Shown: one piece after another, positions 17,612 to 20,931 of the stretch | Layout of the letters: every line of letters begins with the position of its first letter | Numbering within the stretch: position 1 is the stretch's first letter | Assembly: GCF_006345805.1 (NCBI RefSeq) | Contig: NW_021823677.1 | Coordinates: forward strand, 1-20,931 | Source: Octopus sinensis | Taxonomy: Eukaryota | Direction of reading: 5' to 3' | Length of the DNA stretch: 20,931 nucleotides | The notes under the pieces: model-generated | Database searches by the model: none | The model's input: only the letters and a program-made list of their open reading frames with translations | Told to the model about the DNA's origin: nothing | Program-made: the position numbers and the translations under genes

Positions 17612-18815
17612 AATTTTTCTATTTACATAATATCGAGGTCTCTTTCATTCTTTTGTTCTCTTACCATTTCTATCAATATATATATATATATATATATATC
17701 CACATCTATACATACGTATAGGCTGTATCCGAACCGTTTCTTTTTTTAACGTTTGCTGTTAATATAAATTTACATTCGTAATGGAGTCCTCCACAGCACG
17801 ACCAACATTTTGCGTTTCAATAAGGTTTCATTGCAGCTGCTATATTTGTCATGAAAGCATTTTACTGACTGATTATCCAATATTTTCTGTTAGAAAACGA
17901 ATCGTGTAGAATGAAAATATTTTTCTTAAGTGACACTCTACGATATGTAAAGATTGAAATTTATAATTCATTTTATGCTTCATATTTCTCAAACATTTAT
18001 ATCTATAGACAGACTGTTTCAGCATATTTATGTTTCATCAAGTATAGAAATCAATAGCCAAATTATGATGTTATTACAAGCCGTATGTAATTAAGATAAA
18101 GCTGAGTACGTTAGTATTTAATATGGTTGTGTACACACAAAGGTGTAAAGACTCCCGCTGTTCGTCTCGGAGATCCGTTTATAGATTATGTGAATAGAAA
18201 CACTTGAAGCTACGTTCTGAATAATATCATCGGATTGCCGAACGTGTGTTTATGTGCAAATGCGCTTCATCAGTAACAATCATCATTTTGTAGCTAAGGG
18301 AATTTACATACAGGAACAGCCGTTCATCGTCGCTACTTAATGCGCTTATAATTAATTCCAGTTTGACAAAGATTTTCACTTACCAGCAAATGTATTTTTT
18401 GCAGTTTACATAAAATAACTGTCGATCCTGTATGTAAACAGCAAAAACTTTGTCTGCTGGCGTGTACAAAGCTTTGTCAAGCTGTAACTATTTAAGCCCA
18501 CTAAGCAGCGGTGATGAAAATAAAACAGTGCACATTTACATTTAACACGCCACTGTACATGAGCGACTCTTTCCACGCGGCAATTTAGCCCATAGTTGGA
18601 TCTGTAAAAGGTGCTACTCCTCCTCCGAGCCTGAGTAGACTCAGGAACAAATAGTGGTTTAAAGGATCCTTAAAACCTTGGAACTTCCAAACCAAGGGCC
18701 TACTAACGGATGCAGTTTAACGTCATACTCAGGACAAAATATCCCAAATAAACACTCACACATGTTGCACGTCATCTTTGTTCTGTCCACCACATCACAA
18801 CACATTTATTCAGAT

Positions 18816-19213
18816 AGGTGCAGGAGTGACTGTGTGGTAAGTAGCTTGCTTACCAACCACATAGTTCCGGGTTCAGTCTAATTGCGTGGCACCTTGGGCA
18901 AGAGTCTTCTACTTATAGCCTCAGGCCGACCAAAGCCTTGTGAGTAGATTTGGTAGACGGAAACTGAAAGAAGCCCGTCGTATATATGAATATGTATATA
19001 TGTGTGTGTTTGTGTGCTTGTATTTGTCCTTCCACCCAACATCGCTTGACAACGGATGCTGGTGTGTTTACGTCCCCGTAACTTAGCGGTTCGGCAAAAG
19101 ATATAATAAGTACTAAGCTTACAAAGAATAAGTCCTGGGGTCGATTTTCTCGACTAAAGGCGGTGCCCCAGCATGGCCGCAGTCAAATGACTGAAACAAG
19201 TAAAAAGAGTAAA
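18816..19213 (+). mobile_element. SINE family A, full length
   Basis: Colinear with 10998-11384 from head to the gaaacaagtaaaa tail. Confidence 0.93.
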
Positions 19214-19257
19214 TAACAAAGAATGCATTCTGAGGTTTTTCTTTCTCTCGGTGTTTC

Positions 19258-19332
<75 letters not shown>
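19258..19332. repeat. Perfect (TAG)25 microsatellite
   Basis: 75 nt uninterrupted. Confidence 0.97.
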
Positions 19333-19474
19333 AGGGAGGTTTTTCAGAATCTAGGAAGGTGGAGACGGTGCAAGTGGTTTAATTAAATCAGCTAATGCTG
19401 CCATTGCTCATGGTGACGAAACAATATTAACGTATCAGCAGATTTTGAGATCAATATCCGGTTACTCATCCCTG

Positions 19475-19497
19475 TCATCATCTTCATCGTCATCATC

Positions 19498-19564
<67 letters not shown>

Positions 19565-19817
19565 GTACCATCGTCATCGCCGACGCCGTCGTCTTTGTCG
19601 CCGTAGTTGTTATGGCCGATATTGTCGTCGTCCACGACTTCGCCTTCTTCCTACTTGCCTTCTTCCATCTCCTCCTCCTTTTCATCCCCTTCTGCTCCAC
19701 CACTTACCTCCTCCTCATCTTCATTAACAACAACTAAGTGTCATGGCCCTATCACAATGATAATCTCATCATCACCATCACCATCATCATCACCATCATC
19801 ATCATCATCATATCATC

Positions 19818-19863
<46 letters not shown>

Positions 19864-19865
19864 CC

Positions 19866-19902
<37 letters not shown>

Positions 19903-19926
19903 CATCGTCACCACCACCACCATCAC

Positions 19927-19958
<32 letters not shown>

Positions 19959-20036
19959 CCATCATCACCATCATCATCATCATCTTCATCATCTTCATCT
20001 CATCATCATCATCATCATCATCATCTTCACCATCAC

Positions 20037-20067
<31 letters not shown>

Positions 20068-20260
20068 GTCTTGATCATTGTCAACGTCGTCGTCATCATC
20101 AGCGTCGACGGTATCCCCGTTATCGTCTTCCATTATTGCTGTCATCGTTCACAACCTCTCCATCCTTCACATCCTCCTTTTTTTTTTACTTTCATCCTCC
20201 TCTTCTTCTTCTTTGCCTTCCTCCTCCTCTTCTTCCTTGCCTCCAACCCTCTCCTCCTTT
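19475..20260. repeat. Compound (CAT)/(CAG)/(CGT)/(TCC) low-complexity tract
   Basis: Source of the poly-H, S, I, M and D ORFs. Confidence 0.93.
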
Positions 20261-20272
20261 TCTAACCTTTCT

Positions 20273-20688
20273 TATTTCTTTACTGCCCACAAGGGGCTAA
20301 ACACAGAGGGGACAAACAAGAACAGACAAACGGATTAAGTCGATTATATCGACCCCAGTGCGCAACTGGTACTTATTTAATCGACCCCGAATGGATGAAA
20401 GGCTAAGTCGACCTCGGCGGAATTTGAACTCAGAACGTAGCGGCGGACAAAATACCTATTTCTTTACTACCCACAAGGGGCCAAACACAGAGGGGACAAA
20501 CAAGGACAGACATAGGTATCAAGTCGATTACATCGACCCCAGTGCGAAACTGGTAGTTAATTTATCGACCCCGAAAGGATGAAAGGCAAAGTCGACCTCG
20601 GCGGAGTTTGAACTCAGAACGTAGCGGCGGACAAAATACCGCTAAGCATTTCGCCCGGAGCGCTAACGTTTCTGCCAGCTCGCTGCCT
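20273..20688 (-). mobile_element. SINE family C with tandemly duplicated 184-bp body and a 17-bp target-site duplication
   Basis: Units 20273-20456 and 20457-20640, single head 20641-20688; flanks ccttttctaacctttct (20256-20272) and ccttttctaacccttct (20686-20702). Confidence 0.92.
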
Positions 20689-20704
20689 TTTCTAACCCTT
20701 CTGC

Positions 20705-20931
20705 TCCCCACTTCACCACAACCCTCATCATCATCACCGTCATCGACAACCAACGGCGGTATTTCCCTACCACAATGGTCAACATTACCATTACCGTCAT
20801 CACGATCACATGAACCGTCATCCCACCGTCATCAATCTCCGCAACCACTCCACCGTCGCACCCTATCATCGCTACCACCACCACCACCACTATCTAGACC
20901 AGACCAATCACCATTGCCACCACAACACTAC
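20705..20931. repeat. Degenerate (CAC)/(CAT) tract
   Basis: Read directly. Confidence 0.85.

Noticed and set aside
1305-20688. SINE heads as tRNA genes
   Set aside because: They have A/B boxes but degenerate cloverleafs and continue into repeat bodies shared between copies.
45-20890. The many homopolymeric ORFs (poly-I/Y/L/P/V/G/H/D/S/M/N) in the ORF track as genes
   Set aside because: They coincide with tri- and dinucleotide microsatellites that lack stop codons in some frames; no domain or splice evidence.

Overview
AT-rich, microsatellite-saturated, non-genic eukaryotic DNA. The repeat families look like those I recall from Octopus genomes; this is recollection, not a search result. I recognise no intact host protein-coding gene, tRNA, rRNA or CRISPR array, and almost every ORF in the supplied track is a microsatellite or repeat read-through. 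Mobile elements: four tRNA-derived SINE families (called A-D here), a decayed RTE LINE 3' end with C2H2 fingers, two fragments of restriction-like-endonuclease (R4/Dong-like) retrotransposons next to (TAA)n tracts, and a four-unit tandem array built from a TTAA-ending DNA-transposon end. The main hidden signal is a cluster of type I hammerhead ribozyme (HHR) motifs in five or six sequence-unrelated repeats. One has a fully canonical core (6005-6085, minus strand) and sits in a 532-nt partial-tandem unit resembling a retrozyme or Penelope-like element (PLE) pseudo-LTR. Four others lie in inverted repeats, all with the ribozyme sense strands pointing outward, and two of these carry short fold-back insertions that break at ribozyme stem III. 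All structures were read by eye; no folding program, alignment or database search was run.
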